Positions 30,939 to 46,020 of a DNA stretch of 64,000 bases are shown here, piece after piece (within the stretch, counting starts at the first letter, position 1; the number at the start of each line of letters is the position of its first letter). Below the pieces are notes generated by a model, which was not told the origin of the DNA, searched no databases, and saw only the letters and a list, made by a program, of their open reading frames with translations. The position numbers and the translations under genes were made by a program. The DNA comes from Bugula neritina. Taxonomy: Eukaryota; Animalia; Bryozoa. The DNA is taken from NCBI GenBank assembly GCA_964035545.1, contig OZ037771.1, forward strand, positions 11,040,480 to 11,104,479, read 5' to 3'.

Positions 30939-33156
30939 ATTATTGATATTATATACAAAACACAAAAGCCATGATTGTCTTCTTTCAATGCAATATTTTT
31001 AAGGAGTTTGAGAAATAAGTTGATGAAGCAACTCCTAAGAGCATATGTTGCTCAATATTGTTTCTGCATGTCTGCAAATACCTGTATATATACATGAACG
31101 TATACATGAATGTATTTATTCATGTATTATATGAATGTATACATGGTTTGAGAGTTTATATCAATAAACCAGAAATCGTCAGAACATTTTAACTTTTTAC
31201 ATAAGTGTATAAATTATAGTGGCATGAAGTTTGCAAAATTTTTATTTAATGAGAAGACAATTATATGTTTTTATCATGCAGATATATTAAAAGAGTTATA
31301 AATTTATATGAATTGAAATAGAGTGAGAAGACAATTAAGCTTCAGGTAAAACTATCAGACCAAGTTCTTATTCAATAGACACAGTGATAAGAGCATTTCT
31401 CTAGAACAAAGTCTAAAAGGAGAGGATTTAAATCAAAAAGTTAGAGCGGCATTTGTTGAGGCTTTTTATTCAAAAGTAATGAATTTCATTAATTTTTATT
31501 TATTATTCACAGTTCTCAAAGTATTTTGAATGGAAATATGTTTTTAGAATATATCTACTGCTAAGAATAGCTGTATTGATATCACTAATTACCCCTAACT
31601 GTATCCACCACTTGTTCTAATTGTTATGATAGTTACCTAGCCAATGAAATTAAACTGTTTGTAGCTACAGCCAATTATTTTCTCATTGTGATTTCGCCTT
31701 GCTAGGCACGGAGTGGTGACCATTTCTATATAATTCAACACAAGGACCATTACCCCTGATTGACTCAAAGTTCTTTACCACTTCTATAGTTGTATAGGAT
31801 AATAGATATACTGTTCAAATTCCTGAGCTCAGTTTTATAAATGGACTAACTCTACATGAACTCAATTAATTAATTGTTTAGTTTTGATTCAAGTTATTAT
31901 GTGGCCCAGCTCTAAGTCGGCTGCATATGTCCAGCACTGCAAGGCAACTGCAGATGTTCTAGTTTAAGATGTAGAAATTCTTCTTTATTCAACATATTAT
32001 GTATAGAAGTTATTATTCATATGTACCTCATTACTAATTATACAGTCTTTAGAAAATGTATGTCCTGCTGTCATGATATATATACTGTGTATTTAATAAA
32101 CATAAAAAAAGAGAATACATGTGACTATTCAATAGAATGTAACATATATTGAGTAGTAGCTAACACTGCAGGAGAGTTGGATAATATATTATATGTAGTA
32201 TAGAATATATTAGCATAGCATACAAAGCATATATCAGATGTCAGTTCTAATGATATGCAATCTATAAAATATTAGCACCCTATTGTTTGCTAAGCTAATA
32301 GATTTGTAGTCAAGGGTCCATCTGTTTCCACAATATAAGTTCACTCTTCCAATCAGACCAATCAAAGCCATTTAGTTTACCTAATTTGTCTATAGTATCA
32401 CTATTTCTCTTTTTTTTAAAACAGTTAGTCACTGTTTACGTGCACCATTATTTTTATTTCACATTGATAACAAATCTATATGTTATTCCTATAAGAAGAA
32501 AGGATTATTTAATCAACTAAGTAAATAATATTATGATATTGAGATAACCCACTTACCTTCTGTTAAAGAAAATTTGTTTAAATGCATTACCAATATATAC
32601 ATGATTAGTAGCTATATGTCACTGCACCACAAAACACCAATTTGTAGTTTTTTACCACTCAAGTATACATCTACACTATTTCCACTGTTATAGTCATATA
32701 AAAAATAAAGCTAAGGTATTGAAATCAATTTAGGTAGAATTCATAACTATATGCCTCTATATTGATGCTATTTCTGCTTGTTTTTTTTAAGTGCACAGAT
32801 TATAGTGCTGCATATAATAGTGTACTTTTCTAAAAACAGGCACTTGCATATTGTGTTGAATTATAGGTTTATTATATCTGGGGGCATGACTGGTCATGGT
32901 CTTGTCATATAGATTCATGGTTTATGTCGTCCATTAGCATTAGCACATCAGCATATAATAACTCATGCATTAGATGTAACTGATCCCATTTAATGCACAA
33001 ACATATTATTTTATTTCGAAAGACACTGCAATTAGTGACTATTTTTAAGCTTAATCACCTAAAGTCTACAATCTACCACGCGCAGAGCTGCATATGCCAT
33101 GCTGTCACTATAATTATTAATACTTAGAATAGCAACAATACGACAACTATTTAGCT

Positions 33157-35158
33157 CAGTGTTTCTCAGCCTATAAGGGAGGTTTGGGCAACGTGAGGGT
33201 ATAATTTTATTTATAAGTTATTGAACCTGAATTGATCATAAAGAGCCTTTTGACCTCAAGTTGCTTGTTTTTCAAGTTACAAGTACATAATGCAGCAGAT
33301 ATAATTACAGAAAAAGGGGAAATAATAAAATTAGAGACTTGTTTTGCAACTTGATGAGTCTACTTGCACAGCTAACGTTTCTCAATTATTAGTGTATCCT
33401 GTATATGATATGTATAGATATAAAATGACAGGTTTATAGAGGCATAATTTATGCTTTTTCAGCCCTTATCTACAACAACCTCGGCTGCAGATGTGATGAA
33501 GCTTGTTGGCCAATATTTTGAAAAAGAAAGTGTTTACTTAGCAAAAACGTTATTGGTGTATGCTGTCAATGATGATGACTATTTATATAAACCATATAAC
33601 AAAATTGTCAGGGTTTTCACGGTGCACTAAAGCAAGGCTGTCTATACTATACATGTATATAGTATTAAGATCTGCAAAACTATGATGATGATTATATAGC
33701 TTCAGAGCTGCATATATAGTCAAGAAAATGTTGCACTGTTATATTGTTCCTGCACTGTGCATGTACTGAGTATATGCATCATTATATTATTATATTCTGC
33801 TGTTTTAGACCTGTATAAACTAATAGGCAGTAATTCAACATGCAAAAGAAGATTATTCTTTTGCTTTGTTTGTATAGTTTGTTTGTATAGAAAGTTTTGC
33901 TCCCTTTTGTTTTTATGTTTTTCTTTTCGTTGCTTAGATACCGGTGTTGATCTTTTATTTAATTTTAGTCAATCAATAATTTATGTTTGTAAAATATCAG
34001 TTGCATTGATTTAACTGTGATAATAGTGAAATTAGAACTTTCTGTTATTAGTAGACAGTGAAACAACAAAGCATTGGGTAATGCATTATTTACCTTTCAG
34101 TCTAATGCCAGCAACAGTCAAGAAGTGATGCTGGCGTCTGATTGTTGTGCTGATTGATTTTTTGTGTGCACTCTAAAACAAATGAAAGAACAAAATATAT
34201 TTTACACCTGGAAATAAAATACAAAGGAAAAATTGAATTTAGCCATACCAAAACTTTTCGATTACAATTACTATGCTGTTGATTTGCAATGATATTTATG
34301 ATCTGCAGAGCTATTATATAGCAACTAGAATCAGTTAAAAACTGTGTTACCATGAAAAGTCAATCTTTTACATAACCAGGTTTGTATTAGTACACCACGA
34401 GCAGAGAACAAAAATTGTATTCAAACTTTCTAAACAAAATTTTGAAAGCCGTTTGTGGTCAAAAAACACTGTGGCCTTATTTTCAGCTAAACCTTTTACA
34501 CGCTTTTTCTTTGAAATCTAAACTGCACTTACTAAGCTATGTGAAGTCAAATAAAGGTTATCAAAATATTTCACAACAGCTACAGAAAACAGACCCAGTT
34601 GCGCAGCAATTTTTTCAGCAAAGCCTATATAGCAAAGGTGTTACATATATAACTGATGGTGATAACAATAATTCATTGTTGATGTATATTGTTCACATAA
34701 TCTTAACTTTTCCAATCAATTAGCAGCCTGACTGAAACTATCTCTTTATATACAGTCATTTTCACTCATTGAATTCATTCTGTTCATTAAATTGCATGAC
34801 TAATAATGTTTGTTCTTATCCCACTAGTCATGAAAACTTTTGCAAGGATATAAACATATGTATTTTTGAACTTTTAGGCTTTGATTTGTTAGTTTTACTG
34901 AGGAAATTTATAAACGAGATGATTTTATACTTTTACAATATGCAGCTACCTTACACGATGTCAATTATATTGGACAACATCAACATAAATATATCTACGG
35001 AATAAAGAACTTAAAAAGTTTGCTCTAATAACCGCTATAAGGACAAAAAGCTAGACAAGCTGTCATATCGGTTCTACGACTTGGTATAAACAAGTTGTTA
35101 AAACAATATGGCAGAATTCTATTTTATTTGTAATATAATCTATAGGCTGAAAGAATAA
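33157..35158 (+). mobile_element. Decayed hAT transposon (Charlie/Buster, SCAND3/ZBED8-like), copy 1
   Basis: Left end CAGTGTTTCTCAGCCTATA, with a partial inverted match TATAGGCTGA at ~35141. Transposase relics LQLDESTCTANVSQLLVY (~33344-33400) and FMLFQPLSTTTSAADVMKLVGQYFEK resemble the Buster motifs LQLDESTD..N.AQLLV and LF..PL.TTT.A.DIF. Confidence 0.7.
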
Positions 35159-36237
35159 ATGTTTTGATATATACTGTGTATTTAATAAACATAAAAAGAC
35201 AGAATACATATTAATATTCAATGGAATACAATATATTGAGTCTTAACTAACACTGCAGGACAGTTGGATAATGTATTATATGTAATATATAATATATTAG
35301 CATAGCATACAAAGCATATATCAGATATCAGTTCCACTGATATGCCATCTATATGTAATATTAGCACCTTATTGTTTGCTAAGCTAATAGATTTGTAGTC
35401 AAGGGTTCATCTGTTTCCATAATAAGTTCACTCTTCCAATCAGACCAATCAAAGCCATTTAGTTTACCTAATTTGTCTATAGTATCACTATTTCTCTTTT
35501 TAATAAAACAGTTAGTCACTGTTTACATACACCATTATTTTTATTTCACATTGATAACAAATCTATATGTTATCCCTATAAAAAAGAAGGATTATTCAAT
35601 CAACTAAGTAAATAATATTATTATATTGAGATAACCCACTTACCTTATGTTAAAGAAAATTTGTTTAAATGCATTACCAATGTACACAAGATTATTAGCT
35701 ATATGTCACTGCACCACAAAACACCAATCTGTAGAGTTTTCCCACACAAGTATACATCTACACTATTTCCATTGTTACAGTCAAATAAAAAATAAAACTA
35801 AGGTATTGAAATCAATTTAGGTAAAATTCATAACTATATGCCTCTATGCTGATGCTAGTTCTGGTTGTTTTTTTTAAGTGCACAGACTATAGTGCTGCAT
35901 ATAATAATGTATTTTTCTAAAAACAGGCACTTGCATATTGTGTTGAATTAGGTTTATTATATCTGGGGGCATGACTGGTCACGGTCTTTAATTTAAATTC
36001 ATAGCTTACGTGGTCCGTTAGCATTAGCATATTAGCATATAATAACTCATGCATTAGATGTAACTGATCCCATTTAATGCACAAAAATATTTTATTACGA
36101 AAGACACTGTAATTAGTGACTATTTTTAAGCTTAATCACCTAAAGTCTACAATCTACCACGCGCAGAGCTGCATATGCCATGCTGTCACTATAATTATTA
36201 ATACTTAGAATAGCAACAATACGACAACTATTTAGCT

Positions 36238-38238
36238 CAGTGTTTCTCAGCCTATAAGGGAGGTTTGGGCAACGTGAGGGTATAATTTTATTTATAAGTT
36301 ATTGAACCTGAATTGATCATAAAGAGCCTTTTGACCTCAAGTTGCTTGTTTTTCAAGTTAAAAGTACATAATGCAGCAGATAATATAATTACAGAAAAGG
36401 GGAAATGATAAAATAAGAGACTTGTTTTGCAACTTGATGAGTCTACTTGCACAGCTAACGTTTCTCAATTATTAGTGTATCCTGTATATGATATGTACAT
36501 ATATGCATGACAGGTTTATAGAGGCATAATTTATGCTTTTTTCAGCCCTTATCTACAACAACCTCGGCTGCAGATGTGATGAAGCTTGTTGGCCAATATT
36601 TTGAAAAAGAAAGTGTTTACTTAGCAAAAACGTTATTGGTGTATGCTGTCAATGATGATGACTATTTATATAAACCATATAAAAAAATTGTCAGGGTTTA
36701 CACTGTGCACTAAAGCAAGGCTGTCTATACTATACATGTATATAGTATTGAGATCTGCAAAACTATGATGATGATTATATAGCTTCAGAGCTGCATATAT
36801 AGTCAAGAAAATGTTGCACTGTTATATTGTTCCTGCACTGTGCATGTACTGAGTATATGCATCATTATATTATTATACTCTGCTGTTTTAGACCTGTATA
36901 AACTAATAGGCCGTAATTCAACACATAAAAGAAGATTATTCTCTTGCTTTGTTTGTATAGTTTGTTTGTATAGAAAGTTTTGCTCCCTTTTTTTTATGTT
37001 TTTCTTTTCGTTGCTTAGATACCAGTTTTGATCTCTTATTTAATTTTAGTTGATCAATAATTTATAGTTACGTAAAATATCAGTTGCATTGATTCAACTG
37101 TGATAATAGTGAAATTAGAACTTTCTGTTATTAGTAGACAGTGAAACAACAAAGCATTGGGTAATGCATTATATTCTTTTCAGTGTAATATGCCAGCAAC
37201 AGTCAAGAAGTGATGCTGAAATTTGACTGTTGTGCTAATTGATTTTTTGTGTGCACTCTAAAACAAATGAAAGAACAAAATATATTTTACACCTGGAAAT
37301 AAAATACAAAGGAAAAATTGAATTTAGCCATACCAAAACTTTTCGATTACAATTACTATGCTGTTGATTTGCAATGATATTTATGATCTGCTGAGCTATT
37401 AGCAACTAGAATCAGTTAAAAACTTTGTTACCATGAAAAGTCAATCTTTTACATAACCAGGTTTGTATTAGTACACCACGAGCAGAGAACAAAAATTGTA
37501 TTCAAACTTTCTAAACAAAATTTTAGAAGCCGTTTGTGGTCAAAACACATTGTGGTTTTATTTTCAGCCAAAATTTTAGACGCTTTTTTTTAAAAATCTA
37601 AACTGCACTTACTAAGCTATGTGAAGCCGAATAAAGGTTATCAAAATATTTCACAACAGCTACAGAAACCAGACCCACTTGCACAGCAAATTTTTCAACA
37701 AAGCCTATATAGCAAAGGTGTTACATATATAACTGATGGCGATAGCATTAATTCATTGTTGATGTATATTGTTCACATAATCTTAACTTTTCCAATCAAT
37801 TAGCAGCCTGACTGAAACTATCTCTTTATATACAGTCATTTTCACTCATTGAATTCATTCTGTTCATTAAATTGCATGACTAATAATGTTTGTTCTTATC
37901 CCACTAGTCATGAAAACTTTTGCAAGGATATAAACATATGTATTTTTGAACTTTTAGGCTTTGATTTGTTAGTTTTACTGAGGAAATTTATAAACGAGAT
38001 GATTTTATACTTTTACAATATGCAGCTACCTTACACGATGTCAATTATATTGGACAACATCAACATAAATATATCTACGGAATAAAGAACTTAAAAAGTT
38101 TGCTCTAATAACCGCTATAAGGACAAAAAGCTAGACAAGCTGTCATATTGGTTCCATGACTTGGTATAAACAAGTTGTTAAAACAAAATGACAGCATTCT
38201 ATTTTATCTGTAATATAATCTATAGGCTGAAAGAATAA
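36238..38238 (+). mobile_element. Decayed hAT transposon, copy 2 (inside the second tandem unit)
   Basis: Same terminal sequence and QLDES relic as copy 1. Confidence 0.7.
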
Positions 38239-41200
38239 AAGTATTGGAAACAAAATAAAATAATTAACAGTGACTGAAAAATAACATGTTTTTTCATTGT
38301 GGTTATAGAAATATCTGTTGTTCATGCAGATTGCAAGGGTCTGCCTTTGACTCATGTTTTTGAGTAGAAATAAGGCCAGCCCTGCTGCAAACAAAGTGCA
38401 TGCTCAGATTTCTTTATTCACATCAACAGTATAGAAGTTACATTGACCTGCATGTGGTTATTTCAGTATATATTTTCCTAGAATGTTGTTTAGAGACATA
38501 AAAAAACTGCCTATGCACAACATACTTTGCATCTGTTTAGTATCTCGTAATTAGACATAAAAAATCAAAGCCAATTATAAGGCAAAAGACCATAATACTG
38601 TACTATCATTGGATAGTTCTTCATCAATAAACAGGTAGTTGCCAGTGGTGGATATGAACCCCTCCTAGATGTTTCTCGTACTTCTTCCTCAAAAAACATT
38701 TTCATTAAGCCAAAAAGAAATAACAATACACCTTTTTAGTTGACACTTTTTAATTTCTGACTGATATTTCACCTTATTTCCAATTATAATTAACTTTTAA
38801 CCGGCACTTTTCTTTGTAGTAATTCCTACCCTTTAGACTGTGTACTTTGAAATGAGTCTGTTTTACTCGTTACATAAAGTATAGTTGCACTGGCTACAGG
38901 TTGACACAAAAGCAAGCCTATCTTGATAAAATCATGCGCAAATGTAGAAACTACCAAGGAGTTTGTTCCTCATAATTAGAAATTGACAAATTATTTTTAA
39001 TCCGTTTAAAAGCATCTGGTTAGGGAAGCATATGCCGTGTTCAATTTGTTATTCTAGCCTTAACAATAACAGAATGCAATAATTATAAGTTTATGAAAGT
39101 AATTTGTTTTCTTTCTGATTACAAATATAATATTTTAGTATATATTGTAAATTTATAAGGCTTGCATTAGGAATAACGCAGCTAAAACATCATTTTCCTT
39201 AAAGTCTTAAAAATATATAAGTAGGTATAACATAATACACTATGCCAATAAACTTATTAAAGTACCAAGCAAGCTTAGCTAGTTTAAGAAAAATTACACT
39301 AGGTAAATTCCCATTATTTATAGAATGCTTGCTGATATTAGCTTTTGATGTAATTAAAGTAAATTATTATTTATCTTTCTAGCTAAGGATTTCTTGCCGT
39401 AAGTTTTGCTTTTATGCATGGAGAAATGTCGTAACAAACGAGTTAAATTTTTATAGCACATAAAAATGTAATCTATAAGTCGAAGATATTTAAACTTAGC
39501 CATTAACTCATTTTAATTAGAAATGTAGCCTAAATCTAATACAATACAAAATATATACCAGTATATATAATATATTTTTACCATGCTGTTAATTACAGTA
39601 TTTGTAAAACAAATTTTATGCTCATTAATTAAATGCAACAAATATTTATAAAATACTAATAATGTTGAATAAATAAATTCAATAATTCCTTTTCTATTTA
39701 AATGGCTGCATAATTTCTTGCAAGGTTGTATAAAGGAGTTGTGGCCTACAACTTATTATGTGTTCAATTGCCACATATGTCTTAGGAAGAAGAAAACTCC
39801 CCAAAAATTCTTGGTTTGAAAATTCTAGTATAATTAAAATCACTTAATATATGTCTTTGAAATGCATTTTGCCACTCTGCAAAATTGCAGGAACAAATAT
39901 TGCATGAAGTAATAAATGATTTATGAAGTAATTAACAAACCAATGTAAAAACTGAATTGTTGTATATAGAACACAACATATTGATTTTCTTCAATTTCCA
40001 CATCAAATCTATATATTCAATTATATCTAACCAATGCTAATAAACTAAACATGCATGCATACAAATATTTGCACCATATGCAAGTAATATTAGCTAATTA
40101 GCAACTATAGCATTTTTTTCATTATCTTTATTGCTTGCATATGTCTAAGTATTATTAAAATAAGGTTTTTATTTGCAACTTTGCACCACAAATTACATAA
40201 AATCTAAAAACTTGAGTTGTGACATGCATTAGGGCTACCTATACACAAATAGACCTTCATAAAACTCTCAATGATTTTATTCAACTCATGTATGCAAAAG
40301 TTTTGCATTAAAACAATTCTTCTAAATCACCCTAGAGCAGGAAATTATTACAAAAACAGCTTGATCTCATATATAATATTTCTCCAGATTAATTTTTTTT
40401 CCTGTATTTAAACTAACTTAGCAAGTGAAGGTTGTGATATCACTCAGGTAATCACATATATATTATTCATAGCTGTAATACTTTAGCAATGAATAGATCA
40501 TGTTTAATTTCCACTCTACCTAGCAGTTTTTCAGAATTATAGAGCTATGTATATCGTGAAATTAGAATAGCCTAATAGTTTTACATGTGCTTATAGCTAG
40601 ACAAATTAACTTAAAAAGCTTACAATAATTAGATGATATTTGCATTCTTTTGAAGGTTATGCTGAAGCTACTGCAAAACTGGCCATTAGTTTAGCATAAT
40701 ATGCAATGCCACGCAAAAGCATGCCAAACAAGCAACGTTTATTTACCTTACCAGTGCAATTTTATCACCTTAAACACAAAAGCAAGTATAAAATACACAT
40801 CCATATTAGATTAACTGTCAAGTTAAAAAAAGACAACATATATTCATGAGCTGGTTCTGTTTGCACAAGTACAATTTAGACCAGCTTATTATTTAGATTG
40901 CCACAAAAATATGACGTAAAATATGTCTTTAATCATTATTTTGATATTCACTGGTTGAAGATATTTTTTATATCCTAATATGTAAATATTGTACATAAAT
41001 CTTAAAAATTAACTAGGTGAATAAGGAAAACTGCTAATTTTATGAAACTGTTATGTTAATATATAGAGACAATGGCTATCAACAAATCCCACCAGACCAC
41101 AAACTAATTGTAAATACTAAAGCAATTATATAGTGCTATGTGTTGATCTAGCCTAGTCAATACACCACAAATATGTATTATGACATACCACATTTTAAGT

Positions 41201-42947
41201 ACTGGGTTACCATTTATTCTAATGGGTATTTGTTTAAACTGTTATATACAGCTTTTTGCACTACCAATATACAAGCCAGTTGTTATTCTGTCACTTTTTA
41301 TCTACATCTCTTTTTAATGCCAGTTACTTGTTAGCTTCAGTACAAACAGCTAAACATTCTACTCTACAGCCAATCTTACTGTTAACTCTTGTTTAACAAT
41401 ATTACAAGAATCTAAAAATTTGAGTGTGTTTTAAGTATAATATTCTATCATTATAACTTTTAAATGAAACAATAATATGATAAATGCATTATAACTTTCT
41501 GAAAAGTTTGTTTGCAAAGTATATGTTTTTGGAAAATAGTTTTACAACATTTGCTAGGAGCATTATATTTATTCCTATCTAAAATAATTTTGTTTGAACT
41601 GCTATGTTTGTAATCATGTAATCAGAAGTAAAGCATCAGTAAAATGAGTATAAGTAGAAGCTTGACAGCTACATTAGGCATTGCTACATAGTACATAAAT
41701 ATATGGCCGTATTAAATACTTAGCTGCATTCACAGATAAATGCATGGCTTGGAATTACAATACCATGAATACATTATTTATTTAGCTGGGTAACTATACA
41801 ATTATGCCAGAGTGAAAAGCTTTTGGTTATTAATGCCTGAGATGTCTAACAATCTACTTGGGAGACCACCTTGTTGTTACAGAGTGAATGAGTTATTTGT
41901 TTGGCATTTGGATGATGGCACAAAGAAAGGCTATTTGGTTTGTTACTTGAGACTAGTAGCAAACTGCTACAGTCATAGCATCTTAGAAGATTTTGCATCA
42001 CTTGCTAGAATTGTACATTATTTTAATGTAGCTATTGAAATTAATATCGCACTGAAAACACAGTATTGCAAAATCTTAAGCTGTACATAATTATATTATG
42101 CATCAAAAAGTACTTCTGCTATTCGACTATCCCAGGTTTATTTTAAACTAGCACTGCCAAAGTGCCTTGACTCTATTACAGTGTTTACTAGCTAATTTTG
42201 TTCTTCTCAATAGTGAAATAGATCTATTGCAAGAAATTAATGACTAGATATAACAATAATGATTTTTAGGCAAGACTTTCGCATCTATATTGCTCATCTG
42301 CTAGCTTGAAATACCCCTCTCCTTGGACTAATCTCAGGCTTTTCATTGTTGTTTAAACAGTTTTTAAACTCCTATTTCAATAAATCATTACCAACACTGC
42401 CTGCATGTATTAATATTCATTAGTGCCATCAATGCACTGTGGAGACAGCACCTGATGTTCTGTATATTACATTATAGTACAGAGATACTAAATCCAAAAC
42501 ATCTAAAATAATTGATGCTTCTACCAGATTTTTAGCACACCTATAATATGTATTCCTGTAGTAAATATTAGTAAGATGTTTTAACTGATAGTTTTTATGC
42601 CATTATAATAGTTTGATACTATAACTACAACTTGAAACTCTTTAACCAGCACATTGGTTAGTAATATTGCTTCTTGATATTTAATTGCTGGTTCACAAAC
42701 TATCAATAATAGGGATGCATATCAAAACTTGACTGCATTCATAATATGATTTTAATGCTAGGTAATGACTAAGCATGTCTGGCTGATATGAGGTGACTAT
42801 TTTGTACACTGTTTAACAACATCAGCTTTTTGGGTTCATTTAAAGCATCTGCAAATCTGTATTATACATAATTACTGTTAGGGCCAATTAATTAAATTGT
42901 TAACCCTGAAATGCTTTTTACACTGTAATACTAAGTAGTAAAAGATA

Positions 42948-42951
42948 TGTA

Positions 42952-42982
<31 letters not shown>
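42948..42982. repeat. (TA)n microsatellite
   Basis: Directly visible in the sequence. Confidence 0.9.
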
Positions 42983-42989
<7 letters not shown>

Positions 42990-43556
42990 TTGTAATTTAT
43001 ACATCACATTGTACATTTAAAAAAAATCACAAAATACATAATTTATTAGCTAAATTTCAAGGCGTTTTGTAGGTAGTGGGTTAATGTCAATAAAGTAGAA
43101 TCCGGGAAGTTGAGTAGCTTTATTCAAGAGGAAGGCTCTCCAACAGTTCTACCAAAGCCTAAATAACATGTATAAAATAAAGGTTATATGCACAATTTTT
43201 TTTCCAAAACAGCCTGCAACTGTTTTGCTATTGCATATGCCCTATGCCATTCATCAAGTAGAACAATTTTAACCAGGATATCTAGAAAAGTTGACACAAG
43301 GGCTTTATAAACTATGTAACAGTAAAACTGTGAGTAGAAATTAATTGACACTAATGAATAATGCTTTAGGTGCTGGCAACAACCATAAAAGAAAAGTTAT
43401 ATAACAGACAAATAGAAAAAGCACTAAACAAATCAACAGCATTATATACAATTGGGGCACATACATGAAAACAGCAGCTATAGTGTCATTTTCTTAAGAC
43501 AGCACTATTTTAGGTATAAATTTAAGAAGTATTAGAAAATGCAGAAATTTACTGCA

Positions 43557-43960
43557 ATTGGTTCATTTTATTTAAGTTAGTACATACTGAAGATCTCAAG
43601 TTTTTGCTAATGAACATGAGTTTTGGCCCGAAACTAAAAAAATATCAATAAATACACCTAAATAATCAAGGCTCTTTTTAATTTTCTTTGATTTCTTATG
43701 CTTTTTTCTAATTACAGCAACTTCTGACTGAGGATCGCCACGGTTAGTTTGTAACAGTAGGCAATCCAAATGAAATGAATAAATAGGAAAAAACATGAGA
43801 AATCATGCAAAATTAAGAAGAACCTTGATTATTTAGGTGTATTTCTTGATGTCTCACTAATTTTAAGCAAAAAGCATTGTTCATTAGCAGCTAAAATGTA
43901 AAAATGGCTAAAAACTGCAGATTTCCAGTGTGTACTAAATTAAATAAAAGGACTCAATCA
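43557..43960. mobile_element. Old foldback/MITE-like element with long degenerate inverted arms
   Basis: AAATACACCTAAATAATCAAGG (~43650) pairs perfectly with CCTTGATTATTTAGGTGTATTT (~43823). TGCTAATGAACA pairs with TGTTCATTAGCA, and the outer arms TTTTATTTAAGTTAGTACATACTG / CAGTGTGTACTAAATTAAATAAAA also pair. Confidence 0.7.
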
Positions 43961-46020
43961 CCTTTGCAACATAATTCAATAATTGCATGGTCAAGCAGAA
44001 TAAACTACAATTAACAGCAACAACAGTGTAATAGTTGCGTAGAAAAGTTGTACTGCAAAAAACTAAAAGAATGCAAAATCTATAAATGTGTGCTACCAAG
44101 TAAATGCTGAACAGACATCATGAAATAGTGTACGAAATACAAACTATTAAACTTACCTGTTGATCTAATGCAGCCAAAACCTTAAGCTTAGAGTAGTGGA
44201 ATGGTGCTGTTCGATGTTGATATGCTACAAGTAGCTAAGATGACTCAAATTCTTGCCTTTAGGAGTAAGAGGCCTCAGCTCAGTTTCAACAAAACTTCCA
44301 ATAATCTCAACGGATGCGCTCAATTAGGAGCCACAACAAAGCACACCCATGTCATTTTAGTAAACTCTAAAAAATGAACGGAAATAAAACTGTTAGAGAG
44401 TAAACAGAGAAACATATATAGTGATGGGGGAAAAACCTGTCAGCAAAGGTTATATACACTCATAGCCATAACACGAAGAAAAAGATAATGAATAACAACC
44501 TATTCAAGATGACACAAGAAACCAAACAAATTTCTTTGACTAAAAATATAATTAAATACTATATTACTTGGCAAAAAATATTTGTTTTGAACAACGTATT
44601 ATTGGGAAGAATTGCCAGTGTCTTAAATTTTGAGATTAAAGTTTCTGCCTTATAGCGGAAATAGAGAGGCAATCAATAGTGTACAAAACATGTTTTCAGT
44701 CATTGGCTGTTGACTAAATTGACAAAGTTAAAGAAAGCTTCCATATCATTATTTATTTTGTTCTCAAGTGTGTGGTTACAGTTTCATGAGTCAGAAATAT
44801 AATTATTTGAGACATGAAATCAAATGTAGTCAAAAGAGTGTCATACAATTTAAAATGTAGTAATAGAGCTTTGACAATAATTTCTTCTGCTAAGTAAAAC
44901 AGGTACCATTATGTGCTACTTATCTTTTAGAGATGAACATCAAGGATGTTGAAAACAAAATAGTTGTAAATTACAGCAAATACCTTTCTACTTACCTAAC
45001 CAGAGAAAATAAGTTTTCAACCTTGCATGCACTCAGCTGGTTTTAAATGTTTGGATCAGTGACATCTTTATAACTGATAGCAGCATTATGTGATAGCTTT
45101 AGGAATTGTTACCTTAAATCTAAATTATATAGAACAAGAAGTGCAAAAATATGGCATTAGTACTCATTGCACAATACACACTTGCTAGAGTAGCTAATCT
45201 AGCATCACATTAATTTAAGAAAGACAAAATTTTATTACTGTTCACAAATGATGAATATTAAAATTGGAATAATTAGACAAATTAACAATGATATTGATGT
45301 TACTTCAAACATTACTAATGGTAAACACCAAAATACTAATAGGAATAGTCATGTTAACATCAATTAGAAAAGTAAAGATAATTTGAAAATGAGACAGTTT
45401 ATAGGTCTAACTCTTATAGTTGACAAGCAATTACAGGGCAGTCATATTGATGTAGGCTACCCTCAAAATGTAGCACTTTAAAAATATTAAAAAGACAGCA
45501 CATATAAGAACATAATCTTAAAAATAGGCATATGTGACACCTATATTTTGATTAACAAAGAAATCTTCTTTACTTTATTAATCTAGCTCATATAATGGTA
45601 TTCTGTCTTAGTATGTTATTTTATTACTTGAAATCTAATAAGCTACAGAAAAGTACTTCAATTCAAAGGCCTTCATAACTATTCTTTAGTTTGCTATTTA
45701 AATAAACAGTAAGGTTGATGAATAAAATAAAAGTTAGTAAAGTAAAAACTAAATAAATTGAGAATAATATCTCCACTCTAAGGTTATAATCCTTATAAAT
45801 TAACATTTTAATACTCCTGTTATCCTTAGGTATAGTTGTTAGCAATTTAACTATGAGCTCAAAGCCAAATGTCAGTATCAGCATCCCCATTACATTGACT
45901 AAGACTGACTTTACAACCCTCAAGCTGTGGTACTCAATTTCTATAAGTAGTAACTAATAACAAATATAAAATTATTTATTTGCTACTGATAGTGATAATA
46001 ATAATAATTAAAAATAATAA

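Larger units (their letters stand above)
32074..38239 (+). repeat. Tandem duplication with a unit of about 3.08 kb (32074-35159 and 35165-38239)
   Basis: Both units start TGATATATA...CTGTGTATTTAATAAAC and end ATAGGCTGAAAGAATAAA. Identical ORF translations occur at 34769 and 37849 (offset 3080). Confidence 0.93.

Noticed and set aside
33757-38085. Duplicated short ORFs (33757/36840, 34415/37621, 34769/37849) as a gene family
   Set aside because: They start at non-ATG codons, show no coherent splice structure, and are explained by the tandem duplication of a decayed hAT.
44157-44367. Exon-like segment on the - strand (TTTTTAG...CAG|GTAAGT)
   Set aside because: Stops occur in all three frames and no homology was recognised; it could be non-coding but is unsupported.
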